DNA from: an uncultured Pelagibacteraceae bacterium | GTDB lineage: Bacteria > Pseudomonadota > Alphaproteobacteria > Pelagibacterales > Pelagibacteraceae | NCBI GenBank assembly: GCA_902587095.1 | Contig: CACIJY010000002.1 | Span: 16,287-80,286, forward strand | Length of the DNA: 64,000 bases | Direction of reading: 5' to 3' | Shown here: in pieces, positions 26,473 through 37,373 of the stretch | Position numbering within the stretch: position 1 is the first letter of the stretch | How the letters are laid out: the number at the start of each line of letters is the position of its first letter | Made by a program: the position numbers and the translations under genes | The notes under the pieces: generated by a model | The model's input: the letters and a program-made list of their open reading frames with translations, nothing else | Database searches by the model: none | What the model was told of the DNA's origin: nothing

Positions 26473-27876
26473 TTAAGATTTAAAAAAGAACTTTTTACAA
26501 ATAATTAGTATTGATATTAATTCAACTCTTCCGATTATCATAAACAACATTAATGATATTTTTGAAAAAAGAGTTATATCGTAAAATGTAAAATCACTTA
26601 AATTTGACATAGAGGAGTTAACAGTATTCATTAGAGTTAATATTGACAATTTAAATGATTCTTCGCTGTTTATTCCTGAAACACTAAGTAATAAAGATAA
26701 AATAGATAGAGAAAGGATAAAAATTATTACCGAAACAAAATATTTATAAAAATCATCATTTGAAAAATTAAATCCAAAAAAAGGTAATTTATTTATAAAT
26801 AAACTTTTTGGTTTAGAGTGAGAAACTAGTTCGTTAATTGAAAATTTAAATAATAAAAATAGCTTAAAAAATCTAATACCTGAACTTGTAGAAAAAAAAG
26901 ATCCTCCTATTATTATCAAAATTAAAAAAATAAATGATAAGTTTTTTGGAGTTTCGTTTGAGAAACCAATATTTGAAATTGAACTACAAATGGCTAAAAA
27001 AATTGACGAAAAATTATCATTAATATTTAAAAATATAAAAAAAAAACTGATTAAAAATATTAGATAAAAACCCAAGTATAAATCTTCGGAAAAAAAATTT
27101 ATGTTTCTTTTATGAAAAAAAATCAAGTTATATGTAAAAAAAAGACTAAAAAAAGATAATAGCATTGTTAAAGATATAATAATTTCTTTTGTTTTAGAGT
27201 TAATAATTAAATCTAAACTATTCACTGGTAAAAAACCGCCTGATGAGATTATTGTTAGCGAGAGATTAAATGAATTAAAAGATCTAATTTCAAATACATA
27301 TAATGTAAAAAAAATTATTATTGTTAAAAAGGAATAAATAATTGTTAATTTAAAACATTGTTTAATAGTTTCGTTTGAATTGAAATTTATAAAATTAGTT
27401 AATGATTTTTTTAAATTATTATCAAAAATATCTATTAAAAGTATAATTGATATTAAGAAATAAAGACCTCCTAGCCATTGAGTCGAGGATCTCCATAAAA
27501 TTATACTTTCATCCAAATGTTTAATATTTTTGAATATAGAAAAACCGGTTGAAGTAAATCCAGATATTGCCTCAAAATAAGAGTCTATAAAGCTTATGTT
27601 ATTTATGACCAAGTAGTACGGTATTGACAATAAAATAGGTATACTAATATAACCTAAAATTACAGTTAATATTTTTTCATAAATTGTTATTTTTTTTGAT
27701 ATATTTTTTTTTAAAAAAACGATTGATCCCAGCAAAAGACTTATAATAAATATAAAGAGAAAATTATTTATATTTAAATACAAATCAAAATAGTAACAGT
27801 ATAAAATATTAAAAAAAGATAATATTGATATTAAAATTGAGAATACTCCTAAATATAACTGGGTAAAGTTCACCAT
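26473..27876 (-). CDS. trkH: Trk potassium uptake membrane protein TrkH (divergent)
   Basis: Polytopic; FEAISGFTSTGFS, LWRSSTQWLGG, SSGGF, IIGRVE; follows trkA. Confidence 0.85.
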   Translation of the reverse strand: MVNFTQLYLGVFSILISILSFFNILYCYYFDLYLNINNFLFIFIISLLLGSIVFLKKNISKKITIYEKILTVILGYISIPILLSIPYYLVINNISFIDSYFEAISGFTSTGFSIFKNIKHLDESIILWRSSTQWLGGLYFLISIILLIDIFDNNLKKSLTNFINFNSNETIKQCFKLTIIYSFLTIIIFFTLYVFEIRSFNSFNLSLTIISSGGFLPVNSLDLIINSKTKEIIISLTMLLSFFSLFFTYNLIFFHKRNINFFSEDLYLGFYLIFLISFFFIFLNINDNFSSIFLAICSSISNIGFSNETPKNLSFIFLILIIIGGSFFSTSSGIRFFKLFLLFKFSINELVSHSKPKSLFINKLPFFGFNFSNDDFYKYFVSVIIFILSLSILSLLLSVSGINSEESFKLSILTLMNTVNSSMSNLSDFTFYDITLFSKISLMLFMIIGRVELISILIICKKFFFKS

Positions 27877-29250
27877 CTATATTGAGCTAATTTGAAATAG
27901 TCTCTCGACTAATGTAAGTTGATCTCTTTTGGCTAAGAATACAACTATATCTTTTTTTTCAAAAATAAACTTAGATGTAGGTATAATAATGTCGTCTTTT
28001 CTTAAAATTGCACCTATACGTATATCCTCTGGAAGGTTTGAATTTTTTAATTCTTTATTAATTAGTTCAGAAGAGTCTATTATTTCAGCTTCAATAACTT
28101 CAAATTCACCGTTTAAGATTGTGTATGCTGTTTCAATTGTGCCTTTATGGACATGTTTTAAAATACTGGAAACAGTATTCATTCTTGGATCAATTAAATC
28201 ATCTATTTTTAAGGAATTTTGTAAAAGCGAATAGTTTGGTTTATTTATAAGTGCCATAGTTCTTTTATCTTTTGAAAATTTTTCTACAAGCACACTGACC
28301 ATTAGGTTATCTTCATCATCATTGGTTAGTGCTAAAACTGTTTCAGCATCTTCTATATTTGCCTCTTTTAAAATATCTTCATCTAAACCATTACCATTAA
28401 TAACAAGTGAATTATTAAGGTTATTAGCAATATGCTCAGCCCTCTCCTTGTTTTTTTCTACTATCTTTATTCTTGCTGAGTCCATTGTCTCCTCAAGGTT
28501 TTTAGCTAAATTAAACCCAATGTTTCCACCTCCAATTATTAAAAATTTATTTGATATTTTTTCACTATGTCCGAATGCATCTAAGGTCAATTGCATCTGA
28601 GATGAATTAATAATTACATATGCTTTATCTTGTTTTTTTAAAATATCTTTTTTTTTTAAAAATATAAATTTTTCATTTCTTATTACACCTAATATATTGG
28701 CCTCAAGTTTTGAAAATTTTTTAGTTATATCCTCTAATTTAATTCCAACAAGTGGGCATTTGTCATCAACATCAATTTCTAAAAGTCTTATTTTATTATT
28801 AGCAAATGGAACGTTATCTAAAGCTCCAGGTGCTTCAAGCTTACGTTGTATAGATTTTGCTATTTCTACCTCTGGTGAAATTATTACATCTATGGGCAAG
28901 TTTTCTATACTGTAAACTTTAGAAAATTTAGAGTCTAAATATTCGTGAGATCGTATCCTTGCAATTTTTTTAGATATTTTAAAAACTGAAAAAGCTATCT
29001 GGCAAATTAGCATATTTATCTCATCGCTCCTTGTAACAGCAATAATCATATCTGCTTCCTCAGCATTTGCTTTTTCCAACACTGTCGGGAATGTAGCTTT
29101 TCCAACTATAGATTTGACATCTAAATCATCATTTATCTTTTGAATATCCTCACTTGACTGATCAATTACAGTAATTGAATGGTCTTGTTCTGATAAAAGC
29201 TTTGCAATTGTATAGCCTACCCTACCTGCTCCACATATTATTATATTCAT
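27877..29250 (-). CDS. trkA: Trk potassium uptake NAD-binding subunit TrkA
   Basis: Two RCK_N Rossmann motifs (GAGRVG, GGGNIG), KIARIR, ISPE. Confidence 0.95.
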   Translation of the reverse strand: MNIIICGAGRVGYTIAKLLSEQDHSITVIDQSSEDIQKINDDLDVKSIVGKATFPTVLEKANAEEADMIIAVTRSDEINMLICQIAFSVFKISKKIARIRSHEYLDSKFSKVYSIENLPIDVIISPEVEIAKSIQRKLEAPGALDNVPFANNKIRLLEIDVDDKCPLVGIKLEDITKKFSKLEANILGVIRNEKFIFLKKKDILKKQDKAYVIINSSQMQLTLDAFGHSEKISNKFLIIGGGNIGFNLAKNLEETMDSARIKIVEKNKERAEHIANNLNNSLVINGNGLDEDILKEANIEDAETVLALTNDDEDNLMVSVLVEKFSKDKRTMALINKPNYSLLQNSLKIDDLIDPRMNTVSSILKHVHKGTIETAYTILNGEFEVIEAEIIDSSELINKELKNSNLPEDIRIGAILRKDDIIIPTSKFIFEKKDIVVFLAKRDQLTLVERLFQISSI

Positions 29251-30602
29251 TAATTTAAGTCTTTCACTCCCAAATCTTTTAATTTTCTATGTAAAGCAGA
29301 TCTTTCCATGCCAACAAATTTTGCTGTTTTAGAAACATTGCCACCAAATTTTTTTAGTTGAGTCGTTAAGTAATCTTTTTCAAAATTTTCTCTTGCTTCT
29401 TTTAATGGAATAGAAAAATTACTTTCACTATAAACTTCGTTTACTTCTTGTTTTATAGACTCTTTTATAATTGTTGAAATTTTATCGGAATTATTATTAG
29501 CTAATATAGCAATACGTTCAATTAAATTTCTTAACTCCCTTACATTTCCAGGCCAACTATGATTAATTAAATATGTATTATCACCACTAATATCTAATTT
29601 TTTTAAATTATAAGAATTTGATATTTTACGTGAAAAGTAATCAACTAATAATGGTATATCTTCAACTCTTTTTGATAATGGATCTATAATTATTTGAAAT
29701 ACATTAAGTCTATAAAATAAATCTTCATGAAAATTTCCAAGTTTAATTTCATTTATTATGTTTTTACTGGATGTACATATAATACGAACATTAACTTTTA
29801 CGTCGTGATTTCCATTGATTCTTTTAAATTTTTGATCTGTTAGCACTCTTAATATTTTTGATTGGGTTTCCAGGGGTATCTCAGAAATCTCATCAATTAA
29901 TAATGTGCCTCCACTTGCTTTTTCTAATGATCCATAGGATATTGATCCATTATCTTTTTCTTCACCAAAAAGTTCAAGTTCATATTTTTTTACATCTAAT
30001 AAAGCACCATTTAAAACTACAAATGGCGCTTTGCTTCTTTTGGATAATTTGTGGATTTTTCTTGCAACTAGTTCTTTGCCCGAACCAGTTGGTCCTAATA
30101 TAAATACTCTACTATCTGAATTAGATAATTTCTCAATTTGTTCTTTAATTTTTATTGTATTTTGACTTTTGCCAATCAGTTCAAATGAATGGAACAGTTT
30201 TGTTTCTAATTCTTTGTTCTGATTTTTTAAATTAAAGTTTTCAACAGCCCTCCTTACAAAATTCATTAGTCTATCCTGATCAAAGGGTTTTTCTATAAAC
30301 TCAAAAGCACCATTTTTTAAAGATTTGATAGCCATTTCAATATTTGCGTGTCCAGAAATTATAATTACAGGGATATCTTTATTTTTTTTTTTTATATGTG
30401 TTAATAGTTCTATACCATCGTTATCACCTTTATCTAATTTTACATCAATGATAGCAACATCTGGTAATTTTTTATCTATTTCAGTTAGGGCTTGGTTATA
30501 ATTTGCTGCAATTCTAGTCTTATAACCAGATTCATTAATTAAATCTCTAATAATATTTCTAATATCAGGATTATCATCTATAATTAATATTTCAGCTGAC
30601 AT
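29250..30602 (-). CDS. ntrX: Response regulator NtrX
   Basis: Receiver (ISGHANIEMA), AAA+ (GPTGSGKE, WPGNVRELRN), Fis HTH (GMERSALHRKLK); downstream of ntrY. Confidence 0.93.
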   Translation of the reverse strand: MSAEILIIDDNPDIRNIIRDLINESGYKTRIAANYNQALTEIDKKLPDVAIIDVKLDKGDNDGIELLTHIKKKNKDIPVIIISGHANIEMAIKSLKNGAFEFIEKPFDQDRLMNFVRRAVENFNLKNQNKELETKLFHSFELIGKSQNTIKIKEQIEKLSNSDSRVFILGPTGSGKELVARKIHKLSKRSKAPFVVLNGALLDVKKYELELFGEEKDNGSISYGSLEKASGGTLLIDEISEIPLETQSKILRVLTDQKFKRINGNHDVKVNVRIICTSSKNIINEIKLGNFHEDLFYRLNVFQIIIDPLSKRVEDIPLLVDYFSRKISNSYNLKKLDISGDNTYLINHSWPGNVRELRNLIERIAILANNNSDKISTIIKESIKQEVNEVYSESNFSIPLKEARENFEKDYLTTQLKKFGGNVSKTAKFVGMERSALHRKLKDLGVKDLN

Positions 30603-32376
30603 TTAATTTTGGAAAAATAATCTTAATTTTTGCACCTTCTTTATAATTTAAAAATTCAATTGTTCCGTTATGATCATTTATTATTTTGGCTACTATCGAT
30701 AGACCTAAACCACTGCCATTTTTTTTTGTAGTAAAATATGGTTTAGATATCTCAGATAAATTTATGTTATTAAAACCTGTGCCATTATCAATAATCAAGA
30801 TTTCTATATAATCATTAATTTCATTAATTTCTATAATGATTTTTTTGATAAAATCATTGTTTTTTTGATATTTTTCATTCAAACTTTCTATTGAATTCTT
30901 AATTAAGTTAATAAACACACGACTTATTTGCTCGTTGTCAGCTTTTATTAATATTTTGTCTTTGCAATTAAAGTCTATTTTAATAGAATCATCATTAGTC
31001 TTCATAAGTTTTAAACTTTCATCTACAATTTTTTTTAAATTTGTTTTTTTAAAGATTGGCTTTGGCATTCTAGCAAAATCAGAAAATTCATTTACTAATT
31101 TTTCAATCAATTTTACTTGTTTATTTATAGTTTTAACTTTATCATTAAATGATTGTCTGTTATTTTCATCTAGTAGATCAGCGTATTTTTTTTTTAAACT
31201 ATCTATTATTAATTGAATTGGTGTTAGTGGATTTTTAATTTCGTGTGCTATCTTTCTTGCAACATTTTCCCATACTTCATGCCTTTCATTAGCAAGTAAC
31301 TTATTTTGTTGAGTTTTTAGCCTATCTATCATCAAGTTAAAATTTTTGTTTAATTTTTCTAATTCTTTATCTGTTTTAATTTCTGGAACTTTTGAATTTA
31401 GATTTCCTTTTCCAATATTATTTGAGGCAGAGATTAAATTATTAATTGACACAAAAAATCTTGATGAAAAACGTATCGCTATAGAGATAGATAAAAAAAG
31501 CAGTAACGTTACAACAATCATATAAATTATTGCAAAGGATATTTTGATACCTGTTCTTTTTTCTTGAACTGTATAATAAAAACTTAAAGCATCGACAGAC
31601 TGTGTGAGGTATTGAGATATTTCAGGATCTAAAAATTTTACAACATATACAAAGGTGTTATCATAATTTGTTAACCTCATTAAGGCCGCAGAGGTATTTT
31701 CATAAGCATTAAGTATTTTAAGAGGTCTATCATCGTTTTGGACCATTTTGAGTGCTTCTTTTGGTGGTGGTTGATATATCTCTTTTTTTGTAGAGTTTGA
31801 TAAAATTAGTTTACCCTTATTATTTACTAAAAATATACCATCAACATCTCTAATTATTTTCTGAGTATTTAAAAAATTAGCAAATTGTTTTTTATTATTT
31901 TCAAAAATATTAATATTTTTATTTAAATCAAAAGCTACCAATATTATGTCTGACTCTATTTTGTTTCTCAAGTCACTTACATAATTTTGTGCAATCTGAT
32001 AGGAATTATCCACTACCGTATTAATTTTTTTATCAAAATATTTTTCGACAGCGAATGAAAATAAAAAAAGAGAAAATGCTGATATCAGAATAGATGGTAT
32101 AAGTGTAAACAAAGAAAAAAAGGTAATATACTTTCTATTAGCCCTAGAACCCTCGACCACTATTTCACTTTTAATTGAATTTTTGACCTCTAAAAAAATA
32201 AATAAAAAAAAAATTATTAATAAAACAATATTTGATAATAAGAGATATTGTAAATTTTGATCATTTAGTTTGATAAAACTCTTATCTAAAAAAGTTAAAA
32301 AGGTTACAAAACCTAATAATAATGTGATAAAAAAAATTATAACAATAAATAAGTTTTTTTTAATGAAATTAAGCAT
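30592..32376 (-). CDS. ntrY: Sensor histidine kinase NtrY
   Basis: N-terminal TMs, periplasmic domain, HAMP, WENVARKIAHEIKNPLTPIQL, PYFTTKKNGSGLGL. Confidence 0.92.
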   Translation of the reverse strand: MLNFIKKNLFIVIIFFITLLLGFVTFLTFLDKSFIKLNDQNLQYLLLSNIVLLIIFFLFIFLEVKNSIKSEIVVEGSRANRKYITFFSLFTLIPSILISAFSLFLFSFAVEKYFDKKINTVVDNSYQIAQNYVSDLRNKIESDIILVAFDLNKNINIFENNKKQFANFLNTQKIIRDVDGIFLVNNKGKLILSNSTKKEIYQPPPKEALKMVQNDDRPLKILNAYENTSAALMRLTNYDNTFVYVVKFLDPEISQYLTQSVDALSFYYTVQEKRTGIKISFAIIYMIVVTLLLFLSISIAIRFSSRFFVSINNLISASNNIGKGNLNSKVPEIKTDKELEKLNKNFNLMIDRLKTQQNKLLANERHEVWENVARKIAHEIKNPLTPIQLIIDSLKKKYADLLDENNRQSFNDKVKTINKQVKLIEKLVNEFSDFARMPKPIFKKTNLKKIVDESLKLMKTNDDSIKIDFNCKDKILIKADNEQISRVFINLIKNSIESLNEKYQKNNDFIKKIIIEINEINDYIEILIIDNGTGFNNINLSEISKPYFTTKKNGSGLGLSIVAKIINDHNGTIEFLNYKEGAKIKIIFPKLNVS

Positions 32377-32406
32377 TATGTTTAAAAATAATATTCATAA
32401 ATTTAA

Positions 32407-33522
32407 ATGAACAATTGCTTTATAATATTAGCTGCTGGAAAAAGTAATAGATTTAAATCTAAAATACCTAAACCATTTGTTCAATATAATGGTGATATAC
32501 TAATTAAACACTCTATAAATAAGGCAATTTTATCAAAAAAATTCTCAAAAATAGTGGTTGCAATTAATAAAAATCACAAAAAATACCTTAAAAAACTCAA
32601 ATTAAATAAAGTGCTTTTTGTTAACGGTGGAAAAACTAGAGCAGATTCTGCAAAAAATTGTTTAAATTATGTAAAAAAATATAAACCAAAAAATGTATTT
32701 ATCCATGATGCTGCGCGACCAAATTTTTCATTAAATTTGATATTTAAACTATTAAAAGCATTAAAATTTAATGATGGAGTTGTACCTGTTATTCAGAGCA
32801 TTGACACTTTAAAACTAAAAAATGATAAAAAATTACAGAACCTAGATAGAAAAAAAATTTTTTTTTCTCAAACGCCTCAAGCATTTAATTACAAAGTTCT
32901 AATGGAATTGCAAAATAAAATTAACAAAGAAACTACAGATGATTCAAGTCTTTTAATCAACGCAAATAAAAAAATTAAATTAATTAAAGGTGAAGAGAAA
33001 AATCATAAAATAACTACCTTAAAAGATATAAAAGAAAATAAAGTGTTTTATGGAATTGGTTTTGATGTACATAGATTAGTTCCTGGAAAAAAAATGTATC
33101 TTGGTGGAATTAAAATAAAGTCAAAATTAGGTACATTAGGCCACTCAGATGGTGATCCTATTCTTCATGCTATAACAGACGCAATTCTTGGTGCATGTAG
33201 AATGGGAGATATTGGAGAAAAATTCTCAGATAAAAGTAGAAAATATAAAGATATAAGGTCTACTATATTGTTAAACAAAGTCATGAAAGATATTAAGTTA
33301 AAAAATTTTGATATAAATAATATTGATATAAATGTAATTACTGAAACCCCTAAATTAAAAAAGTTTAAAAAAAAAATAATTTTATCAATTTCAAAATTAT
33401 GCAAGATAAATAAAAATAAGATAAATTTAAAAGGTAAAACTGCCGAAAAACTAGGTGTTATTGGAAAAGAAAAAGCAATTGCTTGTGAGGTGATAGCATC
33501 AATACAAAAAAAATATGATTAG
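32407..33522 (+). CDS. ispDF: Bifunctional IspD/IspF
   Basis: LAAGKSNRF, IHDAARP, QTPQAF, KITT; then GIGFDVH, GHSDGD, GDIG, KGKTAEKLG. Confidence 0.95.
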   Translation: MNNCFIILAAGKSNRFKSKIPKPFVQYNGDILIKHSINKAILSKKFSKIVVAINKNHKKYLKKLKLNKVLFVNGGKTRADSAKNCLNYVKKYKPKNVFIHDAARPNFSLNLIFKLLKALKFNDGVVPVIQSIDTLKLKNDKKLQNLDRKKIFFSQTPQAFNYKVLMELQNKINKETTDDSSLLINANKKIKLIKGEEKNHKITTLKDIKENKVFYGIGFDVHRLVPGKKMYLGGIKIKSKLGTLGHSDGDPILHAITDAILGACRMGDIGEKFSDKSRKYKDIRSTILLNKVMKDIKLKNFDINNIDINVITETPKLKKFKKKIILSISKLCKINKNKINLKGKTAEKLGVIGKEKAIACEVIASIQKKYD

Positions 33523-34015
33523 AATATTTGGTAAATTAATTTTAACCATGTTTAATATTGGTAAGCTAGGAGATTTTCCAGGTACTATTGCTTCGGCGAT
33601 TACCTCATTACTTTATATTTTTTTTTTTTATTTTAAAATCCATTATCTAACTTTATTTTTGATATTCTTATTCCTTTTGTTGATATCTATTTATCTAATA
33701 AATTTTTTAAAAGATGAATTTGAAGAAGTAGATTCAAAAGAAATAGTAATCGACGAATTTTTAGGGCAATCTATACCAATACTTTTCTTTTATATGATTT
33801 TATTTGAAGCATCGGTATCAATTAATTTTTTTATGATAATAGTATTAGTCTCATTCATTGGATTTAGATTTTTTGATATTCTTAAGCCCTATCCTATAAA
33901 TTATATTGACAATAATTATAAAAATGGTTTTGGTGTTATTTTTGATGATATAGTAGCAGGAATTTTTACAACTATTGTATTGTATATATTCATAATTATT
34001 TATGACAAATTCTAA
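33515..34015 (+). CDS. pgpA: Phosphatidylglycerophosphatase A
   Basis: PGTIAS, IVIDEFLG, FRFFDILKPYPI, GVIFDDIVAG. Confidence 0.92.
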   Translation: MIRIFGKLILTMFNIGKLGDFPGTIASAITSLLYIFFFYFKIHYLTLFLIFLFLLLISIYLINFLKDEFEEVDSKEIVIDEFLGQSIPILFFYMILFEASVSINFFMIIVLVSFIGFRFFDILKPYPINYIDNNYKNGFGVIFDDIVAGIFTTIVLYIFIIIYDKF

Positions 34016-34472
34016 AAAGTTAATAAAATTATTAAAACGAAAAAAATTAAGAATTAGTTTTGCTGAGTCATGCACTGGCGGTCTCATGTCTAGTATTATT
34101 ACGTCAAATGCTGGTTCATCAAATGTTTTCAACCTAGGTCTTGTCACATATTCGAATAAAGCCAAGCAAAAAATACTTAAAGTACCAAGTAAAGTTATTA
34201 AAAAATATGGTGCTGTTAGTGTTCAATGTTGTTTATCAATGGTTAATAATTTAAGTAAAATAAGTAATAGTCACATTAACATTTCTATAACAGGCATTGC
34301 AGGACCAAAAGGTGGTACAAAAAATAAGCCTGTTGGTCTAGTATTTATTGGATTAAAATTTAAGAGGAAAATACTTGTTAATAAATATTTATTTGAGAAT
34401 AAATCGAGAAAAAATTTTCAAAAAATAACAGTAAACACAGTTATAAAAACAGTTTTATCTATTATTAAATAG
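34002..34472 (+). CDS. cinA: CinA C-terminal / PncC nicotinamide-nucleotide amidohydrolase
   Basis: AESCTGGL, VTYSN, YGAVS, ITGIAGP, KPVGLV. Confidence 0.92.
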   Translation: MTNSKKLIKLLKRKKLRISFAESCTGGLMSSIITSNAGSSNVFNLGLVTYSNKAKQKILKVPSKVIKKYGAVSVQCCLSMVNNLSKISNSHINISITGIAGPKGGTKNKPVGLVFIGLKFKRKILVNKYLFENKSRKNFQKITVNTVIKTVLSIIK

Positions 34473-34904
34473 TTCCTCTGCTCTTCTTTGAAAAGCATCA
34501 GCTATTTTGTCTAAACCATATTTAAAAGATTTTGTTATTAAAATATTAAGGAATTTATTTTTTAATTCAAAATCAACATCAAATGAAACTTCAGTCAATC
34601 TACCTGTTTGTTTAAATTGCCATTTATTATCAAGATATTTTAAGGGACCATCTATATTTTTGACAAATATAACACCATCTTTTTTGATGTACTTTACATC
34701 ACTTTTATATGTATCTTTTAAAGGACCTTTTCCAATTGTTAAATCTGCTATGATTAATTGATTATCATTGTCAAAGTTTTTTTCGTAAATTTTCGCACTC
34801 AAACAGTAAGGAATAAATTTTGGATAATCCTCAATATTTAAGACAAGATTTATTAGATCTTCTTTTGCACAATTAATGGTTCTCTTTACTGATGCTTTTG
34901 GCAT
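34455..34904 (-). CDS. Coq10/RatA (PasT) START-domain protein
   Basis: [33 protein letters not shown]; usual neighbour of lipA. Confidence 0.88.
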   Translation of the reverse strand: MPKASVKRTINCAKEDLINLVLNIEDYPKFIPYCLSAKIYEKNFDNDNQLIIADLTIGKGPLKDTYKSDVKYIKKDGVIFVKNIDGPLKYLDNKWQFKQTGRLTEVSFDVDFELKNKFLNILITKSFKYGLDKIADAFQRRAEELFNNR

Positions 34905-35823
34905 TAATTAGTTTTCTATTTTTCTTTAAAAGAGCAAAATCTTCATCAGCATGATATGAAGATCTAGTTAATGGTGATGACGAAACTAACAAAAATCCCT
35001 TTGCTTTGGCAATGGTTTCTAAGTCTTTAAATTCAATCGGATCATAGTACCTTTGCAAAGGAAAATGTTTTACTGATGGTTGCAAGTATTGTCCAATGGT
35101 TAAAAAATCAACATTAGCAGATCTTAAGTCATCCATGACTTGAATAATTTCTTCTTTGGTTTCACCCATTCCAACCATAATTCCAGACTTTGTAAAAATA
35201 TTCTCATCAAATAATTTAGCATTTTTTAGTAACTCGAGTGACGCAAAATATCTAGAGCCGGGTCTAACTTTTAAGTATAAGCTTGGGACAGTTTCAATAT
35301 TGTGGTTAAACACATCCGGTTTTGCATCTAAAACTTTTTTATAAGCGTCACCTTTTCTAAGAAAATCAGGAGTTAAAACTTCAATAGTTGTTTTAGGATT
35401 TTCCTTTCTTGTCTCTATAATCGTTTCATAAAAATGGTTTGACCCTCCATCGTCTAAATCATCTCTATCAACTGAAGTTATAACAACATGTCTTAAATTA
35501 AGTTTTTTGACAGCAAGAGATATTTTTTTTGGTTCTAAAAGATCTAATTTATTTGGTCTGCCTGTTTTTACATCACAAAAAGCACAGGCTCTAGTGCAAG
35601 TGTCACCCATAATCATAAATGTGGCATGCCTTTTGCTCCAACATTCTGTAATATTCGGGCAATTTGCTTCTTGGCAAACTGTTACAAGGTTATTTTGATT
35701 TACTACACTTTTTGTTAAAAAAAATTCACGACTGTTAGAAAGTTTTGATCTAATCCATTCTGGTTTTTTTTTTATTGGATTAATAGGGTTTTTTTGTTTT
35801 TCAGGATGTCTAAATTTACTCAT
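34873..35823 (-). CDS. lipA: Lipoyl synthase
   Basis: [33 protein letters not shown]. Confidence 0.97.
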   Translation of the reverse strand: MSKFRHPEKQKNPINPIKKKPEWIRSKLSNSREFFLTKSVVNQNNLVTVCQEANCPNITECWSKRHATFMIMGDTCTRACAFCDVKTGRPNKLDLLEPKKISLAVKKLNLRHVVITSVDRDDLDDGGSNHFYETIIETRKENPKTTIEVLTPDFLRKGDAYKKVLDAKPDVFNHNIETVPSLYLKVRPGSRYFASLELLKNAKLFDENIFTKSGIMVGMGETKEEIIQVMDDLRSANVDFLTIGQYLQPSVKHFPLQRYYDPIEFKDLETIAKAKGFLLVSSSPLTRSSYHADEDFALLKKNRKLINAKSISKENH

Positions 35824-36112
35824 TTTCAATTATATAAACTGTTTCACCTTTTTTACCTAATAAAAATTTGTCACGTAACAATATCTCAATATAATCAGCG
35901 TCTAAATTGCCACTTAAAAGACTATTTGATTTTTCTAATACTTCAATTTCTTGTCTAATTAATTTCTCCTCAGTTTTAAGGTTATCTAAATAATTTCTTT
36001 TTTCAAAATATGAAAACAAACCTCTATTTCCACCTAGAAGATTTAAAATGAAGTACAAGATTAATAATATAGGAATAGTAAATAGTAGTTTGTTCTTAAT
36101 GTTTTTTATCAT
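35816..36112 (-). CDS. ftsB: Septum formation initiator FtsB/DivIC
   Basis: TM + GNRGL + coiled coil + [11 protein letters not shown]; follows eno. Confidence 0.8.
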   Translation of the reverse strand: MIKNIKNKLLFTIPILLILYFILNLLGGNRGLFSYFEKRNYLDNLKTEEKLIRQEIEVLEKSNSLLSGNLDADYIEILLRDKFLLGKKGETVYIIENE

Positions 36113-37365
36113 TTTAATCTCGCCATGTTATTTTTATTAGATAATTCTTGTTCTATTCTTAACAATTGATTGTATTTTGCAACTCTTTCTGATCTGCATA
36201 AAGAGCCTGTTTTTATTTGAGAGGAATTTGTTCCAACTGCTAAATCAGATATAAATGTATCTTCAGAATCACCCGATCTATGAGAAATAATTGTTTGATA
36301 TCCAATTTGTTGAGCAAATTTAATTACATCAAGTGTTTCTGTCACAGTTCCTATTTGATTAAGTTTTATTAAAATTGAATTTGAGGATTGACTTAAAAAA
36401 CCTTTTTTCAATCTTTGTAAGTTTGTAACATACAGGTCGTCTCCAACAATCTGAATAGCTTTTTCTCTTTTTGTTAATTCAGACCATGCTTTCCAATCAT
36501 TTTCAGCAAATGGATCTTCAATTGATTTTATCTTAAATTTCTTGATAATTTTCATATAACCATCTATAGATTTTTTAATTGAAATATATTTTTTTGAATG
36601 TATAGAATAACAACCACCTTTATATAGTTCATTAGCGGCAACATCTAAACATATAGAAACATCCTTTCCGTTGACATAGCCTGACTTTTTAATTGACTTA
36701 ATTATTAAATTTAGGGCGTCTTCATTCTTGGTAATCATTGGTGCAAATCCGCCCTCATCACCAACTGCTGTAGAGAGATTTTTATTTTTAATTAATTTTT
36801 TTAGATTTTGAATTACCAAAAAACAGATATTCATTGCTTCAGAAAAAGTTTTAGCCTTATCTGGTCTAATCATAAATTCCTGAATTCTAAGACCATTATT
36901 AGCATGAGCGCCACCATTAATTATGTTCATTAATGGAAATGGTAGTTTAAAATTTTTTTTAATAAAAAAATTTTTATATAAAGGAATATTTTTGATTTTT
37001 GCTGATAATTTTTTAACGGCGATAGATACTGAAAGTATAGAGTTTGCACCCAGTTTGGTTTTTTGTTTTGTTCCATCTAATTTTATTAAAATTGAGTCTA
37101 TTAGTTCTTGATTATGAACGTTTTTTTTCAAAATTTTTTTTGAAATTATTTTATTAACAAAATAGACAGCTTTAAAAACACTTTTTCCTAAATATTTTTT
37201 GTTATTTTTGTCCCTTTTTTCATGTGCTTCATAAGTTCCTGTTGATGCACCAGATGGACATATTGCTTTGGAAGAAATATTTCTACAAAAAACTTCAGTC
37301 TCAATTGTCGGAAATCCACGGCTATCGAAAACTTGTCTTGCTATAACTTTCGTGATTTTAGACAT
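36109..37365 (-). CDS. eno: Enolase
   Basis: DSRGFPT, PSGASTG, NGGAHA, GDEGGFAP, VGDDL, KLNQIG, SHRSG, QIKTGS, KYNQLLRIE. Confidence 0.96.
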   Translation of the reverse strand: MSKITKVIARQVFDSRGFPTIETEVFCRNISSKAICPSGASTGTYEAHEKRDKNNKKYLGKSVFKAVYFVNKIISKKILKKNVHNQELIDSILIKLDGTKQKTKLGANSILSVSIAVKKLSAKIKNIPLYKNFFIKKNFKLPFPLMNIINGGAHANNGLRIQEFMIRPDKAKTFSEAMNICFLVIQNLKKLIKNKNLSTAVGDEGGFAPMITKNEDALNLIIKSIKKSGYVNGKDVSICLDVAANELYKGGCYSIHSKKYISIKKSIDGYMKIIKKFKIKSIEDPFAENDWKAWSELTKREKAIQIVGDDLYVTNLQRLKKGFLSQSSNSILIKLNQIGTVTETLDVIKFAQQIGYQTIISHRSGDSEDTFISDLAVGTNSSQIKTGSLCRSERVAKYNQLLRIEQELSNKNNMARLK

Positions 37366-37373
37366 AATTTTTT

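Noticed and set aside
29900-29990. NtrX lacks the sigma54-contacting GAFTGA loop
   Set aside because: This is normal for the NtrX family.
30382-30393. Long poly-T/A tracts (T12 in ntrX, T11 in lpxB, many T8-10) as phase-variation sites
   Set aside because: They encode Lys runs, reading frames are intact, and such tracts are expected at this AT content.
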